Source of the DNA: a virus
Lineage: Duplodnaviria > Heunggongvirae > Uroviricota > Caudoviricetes
Strand: one strand, 5' to 3'
Length of the DNA stretch: 64,000 nucleotides
IMG/VR virus record: IMGVR_UViG_3300001242_000012
How positions within the stretch are numbered: position 1 is the first letter of the stretch; every line of letters begins with the position of its first letter. Made by a program: the position numbers and the translations under genes. Shown here in pieces: positions 19,367 to 30,700 of the stretch. The notes beneath the pieces were generated by a model. That model made no database searches. It worked only from the letters and a program-made list of their open reading frames with translations, and was not told the DNA's origin.

Positions 19367-19912
19367 ATGACAAGCAAATATACTAAGACATATACTAGCT
19401 TTTCTGGTTCAGATATTGTAGCTACAATCACTCCAGTTGGTGGTTCAACTATGGTGATTGGAGAATTGCAAACTATATCCTACAGTATTCATAGAGAGAA
19501 GTTTCCAGTGAGAACGCTTGGTAGAATTAATCCTAAAGGCTTTACAAAGGGACCACGTACTATAGCTGGGTCGCTAATATTCACAGTATTTGATCGACAC
19601 ATTATAAGAAAACTCATCGAGAAAGGATTGGTAGGAACATCTTACAGCAGCATACCTGAACTCGATAAGAAGGATATGATGGTTAATATGAAGATGGATG
19701 AAATGCCTCCAATAGATATAACAATCACATTCAATAACGAATATGGCCAGAGGGCAGTTATCCGTTTATATGGTATCACCTTCATAGACGAAGGACAGAC
19801 AATGAGTATCGAAGATATGATCACAGAACAAACCATGTCTTACATGGCTATAGATATAGAGGTGCTGACTGAAATTGAAGAAGAAGATTATAGCTGGTTA
19901 ATTGGAGGTTAA
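19367..19912 (+). CDS. Tail tube protein paralog 2
   Basis: Shares YTKTYTSFSG.DIVAT, IGELQ, REK.P, IAGSL.F.VFDR, PP.DI.ITF.NEYGQ with 18779..19318. Confidence 0.85.
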   Translation: MTSKYTKTYTSFSGSDIVATITPVGGSTMVIGELQTISYSIHREKFPVRTLGRINPKGFTKGPRTIAGSLIFTVFDRHIIRKLIEKGLVGTSYSSIPELDKKDMMVNMKMDEMPPIDITITFNNEYGQRAVIRLYGITFIDEGQTMSIEDMITEQTMSYMAIDIEVLTEIEEEDYSWLIGG

Positions 19913-19915
19913 AGT

Positions 19916-20713
19916 ATGATTAGAAATTGGCCAGGTGCAGAGCGTAGTGCCATTCAATATGGAAGTCATAGGAGCCCAAGATTTGTCTCTGGACAACGTA
20001 GTATGGTTGAGTATCAAAGATTCAGTGAGGAATATTTTAGTGGCTGTGATGTCAGTATCTATTTCGGAGACGTATTAGTCGATGACATAGTAACAATGCA
20101 GTTCTCAATTAATGAGAACGTGGCCCCTATATATGGATATGCAAGCTATACTTATGATGCTGTAGCCAGAGGGACTAGACTTATCCAGGGATCGTTTCGT
20201 ATCTCGTTTAAAGAGGCTTATTATATTCATGCAGTAACTAACGAACTAGAAAATGAACGTAAAACTGGAACCACAAACCCTCCATTTGAATTTACTAATA
20301 CATATCGTGAAAATACAATAGAAGGTATTCTTGCTGCGGCAAGTAATATGACAGTAGACAAGTTCGAGAACTTAGCAGACGTGTATGAGGAGTCCTTATG
20401 GGGTTCTGGTACTGAGGCATTCAAACAGAGAGTAAACGAACAAGAGAACTCGACATACTTTTATCCAAAAGGAAGACAGCCTTCGCTACACAAGGATGGT
20501 CTGAATATCATGATCACATATGGAGCTATGGAAAGGGAAACAGAGATATCTGGCAAACAAGAGACAGCGATAAATCATACAGTTAAGACTATTGTTGGTG
20601 TGCAATTAACTGGTTGTAGCCAAAGCATTGACCCAAGTGGACAACCATTGTTTGAAGAGTATTCATTTATAGCCAGAGACCTAGATGGTGATTTTACTAG
20701 GTTAGGCAAATAA
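19916..20713 (+). CDS. Tail tube-like paralog 3 (possible tube initiator)
   Basis: YFSGCDVSIYFG, ENVAPIYGYAS, GTRLIQGSF, YSFIARD; central insertion. Confidence 0.65.
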   Translation: MIRNWPGAERSAIQYGSHRSPRFVSGQRSMVEYQRFSEEYFSGCDVSIYFGDVLVDDIVTMQFSINENVAPIYGYASYTYDAVARGTRLIQGSFRISFKEAYYIHAVTNELENERKTGTTNPPFEFTNTYRENTIEGILAAASNMTVDKFENLADVYEESLWGSGTEAFKQRVNEQENSTYFYPKGRQPSLHKDGLNIMITYGAMERETEISGKQETAINHTVKTIVGVQLTGCSQSIDPSGQPLFEEYSFIARDLDGDFTRLGK

Positions 20714-20727
20714 TTAGGAGGATAATC

Positions 20728-21165
20728 ATGGCTAAAATTAAGAAAGAAGAAGTCGTTGAAGAAATTATGGATGAAGAAGTTGTGGATGAAGTCAATATTG
20801 TTGAGGAAGAGTATGGTTCCGTGTTTAATAGCGATGGTGAGGAATTGCTATTCCCCGAAGGTCCAACACTAAACAAGATTGAAGAATGGAAGTCTAGATA
20901 TAAGGATATCTACTTTACAGAGTTTGATGAAGACGTATTCATCTGGCACTGTTTGTCTCGTAAGGAATACAAAGACATTATGAAGGTACAGGGCGCTGAT
21001 AGCTACTACAAGGAAGAACGTGTCTGTGAGAAATGCATCATATGGCCTGTAAGTTACAATTTCTCAAATATGGCTAGCGGTAAAGCAGGCATTCCTACAT
21101 TTCTTAGTGAACAGATTATGGACAAATCCGGTTTCTCAGCTAGAGCATCGGCTATAAAATTGTAA
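20728..21165 (+). CDS. Tail assembly chaperone paralog 1
   Basis: Acidic; IEEWKSRY, FIWHCLSRKEY, GIPTFLSEQIMDKSGF; lies before the tape measure. Confidence 0.7.
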   Translation: MAKIKKEEVVEEIMDEEVVDEVNIVEEEYGSVFNSDGEELLFPEGPTLNKIEEWKSRYKDIYFTEFDEDVFIWHCLSRKEYKDIMKVQGADSYYKEERVCEKCIIWPVSYNFSNMASGKAGIPTFLSEQIMDKSGFSARASAIKL

Positions 21166-21184
21166 AACTCAGGGTGGGATTATA

Positions 21185-21736
21185 GTGTTCGACCCAAAAG
21201 TACTATTATCCATCAATAGTAAATATGAATCAGTATATAAAACTGAGATATGTGATGAAACATTTATATGGCGAGAACTAACCAAGGACGAGTTTGAAAA
21301 GGCTAAAAGATTCTATCCTAATGAGGAGGAAAGAGAAGAGCACGTATGTCGGTTGTGCGTAATTTCACCTGTAGACTATGACTACACTAATTGTTATGCT
21401 GGAATTCCAACTACTATGACCATATTAATACTTAAGGAATCTGGTTTTATGGGAGATAGTAGTAGGAGTATGCTTAACTATTACAGGTCAGAAGCCATGA
21501 ATTTTGAACATCAAATCGCCCCTATGATTTGTGCAGCTTTTCCTAAGTTTGACCTTGATGAGATTAATGGTTGGACCGTAAGGAAAACGCTCTACTATAT
21601 GTCGAGGGCAGAATGGATGTTGTCAACAATGCATGGAGTTACGTTGACAAATGAGTCGCAGGAACAACCAATAGATTACGATGCTTTCCCAGAATTACGT
21701 AAAATGAAAAACGATGGGAGCAGTAGAGGGGTGTAA
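21185..21736 (+). CDS. Tail assembly chaperone paralog 2
   Basis: FIWRELTKDEF, VCRLCVISP, GIPTTMTILILKESGF match 20728..21165. Confidence 0.65.
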   Translation: MFDPKVLLSINSKYESVYKTEICDETFIWRELTKDEFEKAKRFYPNEEEREEHVCRLCVISPVDYDYTNCYAGIPTTMTILILKESGFMGDSSRSMLNYYRSEAMNFEHQIAPMICAAFPKFDLDEINGWTVRKTLYYMSRAEWMLSTMHGVTLTNESQEQPIDYDAFPELRKMKNDGSSRGV

Positions 21737-21739
21737 CGA

Positions 21740-24700
21740 ATGGATTATACTAACCAATACCAAAAGTACCTCAACAGCTCCCCTAACGAAACCCAGGGCA
21801 GCTTTGTAAGGTCAGCCCTGGGTTTTACTGCTATTAGTGGTGCCGCATATGGTTTTCATAGAGCTGGCGGCACTAGTCTATTAGCAAAGTACATAGCACC
21901 AGCTCTTTCTAAGAGTAGAAGACTCTTTGAAACCACAAGCGCATTTGGTAAGTCTATTGACGAGGCAGTAGCTGATAAGAGTCTGTTCTCTATATTTAGT
22001 GAAGATACAATCGCTGATATATCTAAGAATTTCAGAAGTAGAATGAGAGATGTCCACCTTACTCCTAAGAACAGCGTAGGAAGAGCTCCATCTGAATTTG
22101 TAAGAACTAGGATGGAGCTGATGTATACCCCACAAGAAGCTCTAGAGAAGTCTACTGGTAATCTTATTTATAGTAGGGTGATGAAGCAGCTAAATCCTAG
22201 GCATGGTCATCTAACGGATGACATGTTTGATGCCATTAAACCACACTTAGAGCAAAAGAACGATGCATTCTTTCGTGGTGCCAGTCCAGATGCCATTAGG
22301 GAATTAGTTAGAAAGTCAGGCTTGCGTGATACAGAAGCTGACCATACCACAGATGTAATAGCTCAAGCAATAAGAAATCAGAGCTTACTAGCTAAACAAT
22401 ATGGTTCTATACCTTCATTCGATAATGAAGCACAAGATATCCTTACTAGAACATTATCAAATGTTGCAAAGCGCTTACGTAGCACGTTCAAGGAATCTAT
22501 GCGTGTGCAGGATACCTGGTTTACCAGGGTAATGGAAGGTGCTGGATACCAACAGTTAACTGTTGGCGAAGCAGTTAAGAGAGATTTCTTTAATAATACC
22601 GTAATACCATTTTCAAAGAGGATCAAGGGAACAGACAGGACTAGAGTAGTCCAAAGGACTATGAAATGGAACCAGAAGATAGAGTCTCTAATTAGTAAAG
22701 ATGCAGAACTAGCTAAACTCAGAGTTGATAAAAATATATTTGTACATCAAGATACTGGTGACATAATAGATCTGCGCCATGTATCTGATTCATTCCACAG
22801 CACGCTAGGGTTCCTAGCTAATAATTTCCATATACCATTCGTTAATATTAACCCATTAAGATTGGCTCACTGGATTAGTTGGCAGGGAATAAGAAGTGCA
22901 CCTTTTAGCGAAATACTTAGACGTGGTACAGGACAAGCGCAGCCAGTTCTTACTGGACATACATCACCTATAAGGCGTGACTACTTAGCTGTTAATGATA
23001 AAGTGTTCGACCTTAGTCCTGAAGTAAATCTTGTTAAGGATAATGTATATAGAGCTTCTGCTAGGTTTGGCTTATTCCCACGTACATTATCAGCTATGGC
23101 TGGACTTGAACGAGAAGAGACCAGGATACTTAGAGAACGTAGTGGACCGATAAGAAAACTATTTGACTACGGGATGCAAGATTCTCAGAGTGATGTTAGT
23201 AAAATAACTAGTGTATTCACAAAGTTCTGGAACCCATCCTGGGCTAGAAATCAATATGACTATACTGGCAAGAGAGTAGCGTTATGGAATGAAGCAAGAG
23301 AATCAGGAGCGAGTCTAGAAGAAACTCTTGAACGTTCTATGCTCCATGTTAATGACACTGACAAGCTAGTAGATTCATATAGATCTGCTTACAATATATT
23401 AAGTCAAAAGTCATCTGCCTTAAGTAACAATGCAATAGAGAGGTTAGCTGCTCTTAGAGGTCCTGATGGTACCACTATGGCTAGTAGATTCGGTTTAGAA
23501 CCTGCTGACTTTGTAACAAGAACCGAAGAAGAGACTATGCTTACTATTGGAAAGATGGTAGAGCATAGGACTACAGCAGCTAGTGGAAGCCCGGTACAAG
23601 ATCTATTAAACAAATATGTAAAGTTATATAGAGATCCGAAGAAGTTTGCTAACTCACCACGTGTTCTTACTGATGAGTTACCGGCACTACCTGGCATATT
23701 CTCAATGATAGAGAACGAGGGTAGTACTAAACTCGTAACCCAACTAGAAGACGCTAGAAGAGCTATGCATATGGACTTACTGTACCAAATACAAAAGACG
23801 TTTGATACAGAGGGTCAGTCTACAGTATCCAGTTTAGTAAGATCTACACTAACTGGTAAAGACGCAGAAAGAGCAGAAGAGTTACTGCTGCTTAATCGTA
23901 TGCGTGGTGAAAATGCAGAACTATTCAGAGGTATATTTAGACCTATTAATGCAGAGGACGAAGCAGACGCAGCAAATAGATTCTTAGGGTCACTTGCTGG
24001 GGAAGATACGTGGTTCTCTGAAAGCCTCAATGCTACAGTAAAGAGGCATACTCCATGGTGGGGGGCAGGCCCTGGGTTCCCTCCTCCTGAACACTTTGGT
24101 AATGCTAGAAGCCTAGTTATTAATAAGTCCGTCAACCCGATCAAAATGGTTAACGAAGCCATCAAGAGTGGGGAAGGAATAGGCGGAGTCATCAAGGCAT
24201 TCTCTGAGAGTACTATAGGTCAACTTGGTTTTGACTTTGGATTTGGCTTTAGAGCTGGTAGAGATAACCTTGATAAAGTATCTACTGCATCTGTAATAAG
24301 TTACTACATGTTTAACCGTCTGAATGAAGCCATAGGTAAGGCTGGACTTGGATTAAGTAATAAGTCACTGGGTTCTGCTCAGGATGCGTATCTAAATCTT
24401 ATTGGTAGAAGATTCTTGTTACCAATGGCTACTGTTGGATACCTTGGGTATTCAGATTACTTAGCTAGTATAACAGGCTTTAAGCCCAGTGAAGAGCTAT
24501 CTAGCGCCTACGTAGGCGCTAGAATAGACATGGCCAAGTTTAAAGATGCAACTGGCGTAACTAGTATGATGAAGCGCTGGAAAGACATGTTTTCTGGCTC
24601 AGACCAACTTGCAGAATGGTTGCCTACCAAGGCAATTAACTTTGCTACATTTGGATTGATCGGCGATACTCGTAGCTCTCAGGAACTAACTGAGTACTAC

Positions 24701-27700
24701 TCATATGGAAATGACCCGGCTAGAAAGGGAAGGTACTGGGGGACTGGTTCTAATACACCATGGTCTGGCGGTAAAGTAGATTACTTTATGCCCAACTGGT
24801 ATAGAAGAAAAATGACGGACTACATGATGAGTGATGTCATGTATGGTAGTAGAGCTGAGTATTATGGGAATCAGTGGTACCCAACACTTGAGAACCCAAT
24901 TGGTCCTATAAATGCTATAATTGCTAGCCCACACCACTATGCTTACAAACATAAGGAAGACAGACCTTATCCAAGTACTGGTGGAGCATCCATATTAGAA
25001 GAACTACCACTCTTTGGTCCACTTGCATCAAAGACATTAAGCATGGCTGGAATTGCTCCTGATATGCAACGTGGAGACTTATCTAAGGCTCATAGACAGT
25101 ATCTTACGGATATTAATGAATCAATTAAGTCTCAGGCAGCTGAGGAACAAGGTTATGCTTACTCAACAGCATCCGGTGGAATAGCACTATCTAATATATA
25201 TCCAGGCATAGCAACCACAATGGGTGGTTACTCAATAAGCCCAGGCGGCAATGTTAACATCGGTGGAGTACCCATTATAGGAACTCCTGGTAGTGGGTCA
25301 ACAGCTAGTGGTCAACAACTTACGTCCATAAACCAAGGTATTATTAGTCGTGGAGCAATAAGAAGTATGAGATTCAGTAAGAACGATCTCATGCGTGGTA
25401 TAGATAATATATCAGATCTAGATGAAGTAATGAGCCCGAATAGCTTAGCATATAGGGCTGGAGAAACGTATTACAGCCTAACTGAAATGGCTGGTATCTA
25501 CGGATTCACATTAACACAGATGTTTGGTGGAGAGAATAACCCACGAAGCAGGAATACCTTAGCTTCTGCATCATATATGAACAGCTTTGGACGTGGATTC
25601 TGGGATCAAAACCTTGGTGGCATGGGTGGAGCGGTATCTGAGATATTCCGTAGGTTTGCTCCTAATAGTAAACATAGACGCAATCAATACAACCCATATG
25701 GGAACCAGATGCCTGATTGGTTGCCAGGTCCAGAATATATTATGGACTTTAGACATGGAGACCCATATGGTAAGATTCAAAATGGTGAGGCTAGACTACC
25801 AGGCTCTGGATATGAAAGATTAAATAATCTACACCCAGATGAGTTCGGTGAGTACGGCGCATTCGATAGATTCAAGATACTTGCAGACGTGGCTCCATAC
25901 TCAGAACAACATAAGCTGTATAAAGATATAGTATCTAGGATGTCACTTAATCCATTAGAAAGAAAACAAGTGACTACCATTAAGAAACAAGTATCTCAGC
26001 AGAAGAAGAAATATAACTTATATCCATATAAATTCAGAACTGCTGACATAATTAATGAAGAAGTTAACGTAACTAAGGTTATAGATGCCAATACATTCAT
26101 GACTGCTGAACATCCAGACCATCCAATTAGACTTGCTGGCATACATGTACCAGTAGCTGATGAAGCTTCAGCAGAAGCAAGAGCTGAGATAGAAGCAATA
26201 ATATACCCTGGAGCTAAAGTACAGATAGGTATAGACAAGGACCCGCTTAATAGAGTCCGGAAGGACGTACTGAGCACCATGCATGCCGTAGTATATACTC
26301 CAGAAGGTGGTCCACTACAAGCTAAATTACTCAGAACAGTTGGAGATCAGGTTACTGAGAAGGAGACTGATTTCAGCGCTGTTGGAGTTAACGCTAGATT
26401 CTATCCTGAGGAGATAACAGTAGGTAAGTGGTGGGAATGGTTTGCTCACCTTGATACAGCTTTCCATACAAAGTTCTTACAAGTGAGATCTCCGCTTGAA
26501 ATGTATAAGCGTACGGAAGTACACGGTAAAGCATGGCAACCATGGTACGATCCCTGGAGCGGAATTATGAAGCCAACACTAGAGGCATTCGCTGCCAAGT
26601 CACCACCAATTGCTGCTTTATATGGTGCAGTACTAGGTAGGCTATTCGGCTCTAATGTACTCGGTAGAAAGCTTGGCACATTTACCGGTGCTGTAACTGC
26701 TGGTGGCTTATCAACAGCTCGTGTACTTGGGGAGACTACAGACTCATCAGGTGAAGTATGGATACCCAAGCGTCGTCGTAAAGAACGTGAGATCAACGAA
26801 TACTTCGATATGCTCAAGTACGTTAAATATAAGGGACTCTACGAGAAAGCTAGAAAGCAAGCTATAGCTACAGAAGGCGTAGATGTAGAGGATATAATTG
26901 CTGATGAGACTAAGCGCGGAAGAATTAATAAGGCTAGGAGAAACACCCTTAAGTCACTTAAGAGATGGCTTAAGTTACAAGATGTTGATGGACAACTTGA
27001 TACAGACCTGAACAAGTCTAAGCTTAAAGATATCAATAGAGAGCTAACTGCTATAGACGAGGATAGAAGACTCACTCAACTAGGTCCTGATGCAATCCAA
27101 GCTCTATACTACAATCTACAAGCGAAGTCAACATTATATGGCGTTGATCCACTTGGAGATATGGTAAACATATATCGTGCCTTACCTAAGAAGGATAGAG
27201 AATTTTATCAGTACTTCATGAGCGCAGACCAAAGTGAGAGGAAGGAAATTCTCAGTCTAGTTCCTAAGAACCAACGTAGACTATACCAGGCAAGATGGGG
27301 AATGGAACAAAATGAGAAGGTCGGTATCACTGATTACTTCCGTGGTCATTATCTCCCAACTGCTAACTGGGAAGGCTGGAAAGCTAACGTAAGTTTGGAG
27401 GACATTAAACTCAAGGTAATAAAGAACGAAGCACTAGATATGTCTGAATTCGGATACTGGCCCGATGATGAGGCATATGCTGAAGCTGCTCCTGATGTAG
27501 ATCCCTTCAAGCCTAGTAGTTACATAGGAAGTATACAAACTAGGCTAAGTCAAGTACTACGTGGAGCGGGACTGTCTGATATAGATGTGCAAATATCTCA
27601 TGGTCCAGCTGCGGAAGCCCATTCAATGAATGTTAATGTATCAATAGACAAGGATAGAACCAATGAGATAATCAATGTTATGAATAGAGATCCTGGAAAT

Positions 27701-27715
27701 ATAATCAATGTTTAA
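21740..27715 (+). CDS. Tape-measure-like protein with degenerate SNase-like domain
   Basis: 1991 aa after chaperones; helical, Gly/Ala hydrophobic segments; VTKVIDANTF..IRLAGIHVP near aa 1445-1480. Confidence 0.65.
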   Translation: MDYTNQYQKYLNSSPNETQGSFVRSALGFTAISGAAYGFHRAGGTSLLAKYIAPALSKSRRLFETTSAFGKSIDEAVADKSLFSIFSEDTIADISKNFRSRMRDVHLTPKNSVGRAPSEFVRTRMELMYTPQEALEKSTGNLIYSRVMKQLNPRHGHLTDDMFDAIKPHLEQKNDAFFRGASPDAIRELVRKSGLRDTEADHTTDVIAQAIRNQSLLAKQYGSIPSFDNEAQDILTRTLSNVAKRLRSTFKESMRVQDTWFTRVMEGAGYQQLTVGEAVKRDFFNNTVIPFSKRIKGTDRTRVVQRTMKWNQKIESLISKDAELAKLRVDKNIFVHQDTGDIIDLRHVSDSFHSTLGFLANNFHIPFVNINPLRLAHWISWQGIRSAPFSEILRRGTGQAQPVLTGHTSPIRRDYLAVNDKVFDLSPEVNLVKDNVYRASARFGLFPRTLSAMAGLEREETRILRERSGPIRKLFDYGMQDSQSDVSKITSVFTKFWNPSWARNQYDYTGKRVALWNEARESGASLEETLERSMLHVNDTDKLVDSYRSAYNILSQKSSALSNNAIERLAALRGPDGTTMASRFGLEPADFVTRTEEETMLTIGKMVEHRTTAASGSPVQDLLNKYVKLYRDPKKFANSPRVLTDELPALPGIFSMIENEGSTKLVTQLEDARRAMHMDLLYQIQKTFDTEGQSTVSSLVRSTLTGKDAERAEELLLLNRMRGENAELFRGIFRPINAEDEADAANRFLGSLAGEDTWFSESLNATVKRHTPWWGAGPGFPPPEHFGNARSLVINKSVNPIKMVNEAIKSGEGIGGVIKAFSESTIGQLGFDFGFGFRAGRDNLDKVSTASVISYYMFNRLNEAIGKAGLGLSNKSLGSAQDAYLNLIGRRFLLPMATVGYLGYSDYLASITGFKPSEELSSAYVGARIDMAKFKDATGVTSMMKRWKDMFSGSDQLAEWLPTKAINFATFGLIGDTRSSQELTEYYSYGNDPARKGRYWGTGSNTPWSGGKVDYFMPNWYRRKMTDYMMSDVMYGSRAEYYGNQWYPTLENPIGPINAIIASPHHYAYKHKEDRPYPSTGGASILEELPLFGPLASKTLSMAGIAPDMQRGDLSKAHRQYLTDINESIKSQAAEEQGYAYSTASGGIALSNIYPGIATTMGGYSISPGGNVNIGGVPIIGTPGSGSTASGQQLTSINQGIISRGAIRSMRFSKNDLMRGIDNISDLDEVMSPNSLAYRAGETYYSLTEMAGIYGFTLTQMFGGENNPRSRNTLASASYMNSFGRGFWDQNLGGMGGAVSEIFRRFAPNSKHRRNQYNPYGNQMPDWLPGPEYIMDFRHGDPYGKIQNGEARLPGSGYERLNNLHPDEFGEYGAFDRFKILADVAPYSEQHKLYKDIVSRMSLNPLERKQVTTIKKQVSQQKKKYNLYPYKFRTADIINEEVNVTKVIDANTFMTAEHPDHPIRLAGIHVPVADEASAEARAEIEAIIYPGAKVQIGIDKDPLNRVRKDVLSTMHAVVYTPEGGPLQAKLLRTVGDQVTEKETDFSAVGVNARFYPEEITVGKWWEWFAHLDTAFHTKFLQVRSPLEMYKRTEVHGKAWQPWYDPWSGIMKPTLEAFAAKSPPIAALYGAVLGRLFGSNVLGRKLGTFTGAVTAGGLSTARVLGETTDSSGEVWIPKRRRKEREINEYFDMLKYVKYKGLYEKARKQAIATEGVDVEDIIADETKRGRINKARRNTLKSLKRWLKLQDVDGQLDTDLNKSKLKDINRELTAIDEDRRLTQLGPDAIQALYYNLQAKSTLYGVDPLGDMVNIYRALPKKDREFYQYFMSADQSERKEILSLVPKNQRRLYQARWGMEQNEKVGITDYFRGHYLPTANWEGWKANVSLEDIKLKVIKNEALDMSEFGYWPDDEAYAEAAPDVDPFKPSSYIGSIQTRLSQVLRGAGLSDIDVQISHGPAAEAHSMNVNVSIDKDRTNEIINVMNRDPGNIINV

Positions 27716-27727
27716 GGTGGGACACCA

Positions 27728-30700
27728 ATGAAGTTTAATGATAGCGAACTCTTTAGTATACCTAGTGTATTGGAACAGAAAGGTATTATTAATAGTATAG
27801 GTACTCCAAAAGTTCTTATGAACTTTGGTGGTTCAGGTAGGAATTACTACGACCCTAATTCAGAACCGACTAAAGAACAGATAATACGTTCTAAGAATAT
27901 CCCAGACTTCATTGGTGCACCTAGAAACATTGGTGGCGTAGTAGAGAGATCTAAAGTTAGTAGGGCACTAAACGCTGAAATAAATGGGGTACTTAGTAAC
28001 CCAAGCACTAGTGTGTTTAATTACATAAATACCAGGGGAGCTACTAGAGCGCAAAGAACAATAACCGCATGGGAGAACATGGTTAAAAATGTAGGCATGA
28101 CTCACTTAAGCTTAGATATTGAAAACCTCGGTGTCAGTCCACTTGCAAAGAATCAGAGCATGAATCTATTTGCTATGACTGAGGTAGGTTTGTCTAGTTG
28201 GCAGTTCAATGGCCTCAAGAGTGGCTCTCCAATGCTAGATAAAATGAATACTATGACATTAGCTGGCTTCGTAGATGAAAAGCAGAAGGTAGAACTAAAA
28301 AATTTAATCAAACAAGTAGAGAGCACAGGAATGGCTGGATTAACAGATGATCATAGACGTACACTGTGGTGGTTAATGAGGTATCAAGATTCTGAGGTAT
28401 TTAAGACAGAGACAATCCCAGGCATAGGAGATGTAAGACTTGTCAATAAAGATAAGCTTAAGTCACCATCTGAGTTACCAGACAGATCTACATTTACTAA
28501 TTTGAAAGCATACACTTCACAGATGAGAAATGGCTTAAAAAATTTATATGGCAATGGAAACTCAGGTAGCTATCTTGATGGCATGATTAAAGCTATAAAT
28601 CATCATGTAGAGAACATAGCTAAGAATGGCGGTAACCTCATGGGGTATAACTTCTTAGAACACGATATCCCTGCCATGATGGAATACTTTAATCAGACTA
28701 GGACTGCTCTTGGACCACAGAGTCCTATTAGTAGTAGCATTGAAACCCTAATGAAGAACCTACATATCATTAATAGTACTCATAGAGCGTTGGATGTTAA
28801 TAGACTTATTGACCTTGCATATCATGACCCTATCGGACAGATAGCACCGCTAATTGGTGACAAGAAAATGAGGGAACACTACAAGACATTAAGTGGTGGG
28901 ATAAGAGGGAAACAAGGTCTAACTACATTAGAGGTATTGTCTAATGCCTTCAATAATAGAATTGAACACTTTGCTGGTGGAGATGCTGAAGCAGTACCTA
29001 TGTTACTCAACTCCATTGGAGGTAATATTAATAGTAAGATAGCTAGTGCTAGAAGAATAGCAGCTGGGGCTAGCATATCATTAGACTGGAATGCTATAAG
29101 TGGTGGAGTACTTGCTATAGACAACAAGACAATAAAGTCTGATAGTAGTCTATTCTCAATTTCCGGATTAAGTCCTTATGAAAAGAATAAGTACGATGGG
29201 ATATATAAACTTGATGATACAGGCAAATTCATAGATGCTTACTCAGACAACCCCGATAAGCCTATATCTAGTGGGAACCTATATAAGAATACCGAGTACA
29301 GAATTCATAGCTTTAAGCAGATAGAGAAGGGCGCTCTTGAAGGTTTTGAACATGGTGGATGGGCATTAACCCTACGTAATGTAGATGAAGGATTATACCA
29401 TACCTTTGTTAGACCTGAGAATATTAGTGGTACTGGGTTCGATAGTATACGTAGTATATTCTCTCATTTAGTACCATATAATGCTGAACATATTACTGGT
29501 GTCAGTGGTGAAGAAACTAGGACAGAGAGAATGAAGGACAGAGCTCTACGTGCATATTATAGAATCTTTGATACCGATGGAGGCCATGTAAGAGCGGAGA
29601 GATACATGAGAGCTCTTGATGCAATTGATAAAGCTGGAGTCAATAGAGCTTCTATGGATGATTTAACTAAGGGACAATTTAAAGATCTATTCAATTCTGA
29701 GCAACAAGCTAGAAACTTCTACTATATGCAAGATAGGCTAAGAGCTGAGAGAGGAATGATTAATGCTGTCATTAGTAGCGGAACATTCCAAAGTCTTAAA
29801 GGAGTACAGAAGGACTTTGCCCTTACTGCCCTACAAGACATAATGGAAGGTAGGGTCCAAATACCTGACTTACGTAAAGCTACTGGTGGGATTAGTCCAG
29901 CTAAGAAAGTTATTAAGACTACAACTAACAATAGAATGTTACAACTATCAGATAATATAGTTCTTAATCTTGGTAGTTATAAAGGTATAGTGTCACAGCT
30001 AAGGCAAATCACCAAAAGACCCATCGACAAAATCGAACTACCAGTGCTAATAAATAAGTTAGGTGGTAAGCATATATTAGATCGTACTGAAGTTACTAAC
30101 TTTCTAAGACTATCAGAGATCCAGAAGCAAGGTCCGAGAGAAAGTAACTTTGTACTTAAGCAAATAGCAGCAAAGCTTTTTGATAGGACTAGGATAGCTA
30201 ATGATATTGTTTCTGGTATGAAGATAGACGACATACAAGCTAAGAACTTAGCTAATGAGTTCTTGTCATATAAGGTTGCCCATGTTGATGCCAATAATGG
30301 AGGCATATGGGAAAAGCTTACCCCTGATCAAATGCGGTTGGTAGCTAATCATGCGCTAGATGAAGGACAAAGACGTGGTAGTAGTGCATGGCAGAAGATA
30401 GATAAAGCTTTTGTTCCTAACCTAGCGGCAAACCAAGAGTTTGCTAAGATGTTAGAAGCGCATAATGCTATTATTCATGAACAGCTTTCTCCACTAAAAA
30501 GACTAGGGCCTTTATTCGGGCTTAATAGGAAAGCAGAAGAACCAATAAAGAAGCTACTATCAAGGTATCTTACAGATGCAAATATAGATGGGACTATATT
30601 GTCATCACCTGACAATAAGGGTTTTATCTTTGCTCTATATGATGAGAAGAAAGCAGCAACAGTAGGTAAGCAGACAGTAGAACAGATAATGAATAATAGC

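Noticed and set aside
21140-21190. Programmed -1 frameshift between tail chaperones
   Set aside because: The genes are in a +1 relation, TAA at 21155 closes the downstream frame, there is no clear slippery heptamer, and gene 2 has its own RBS
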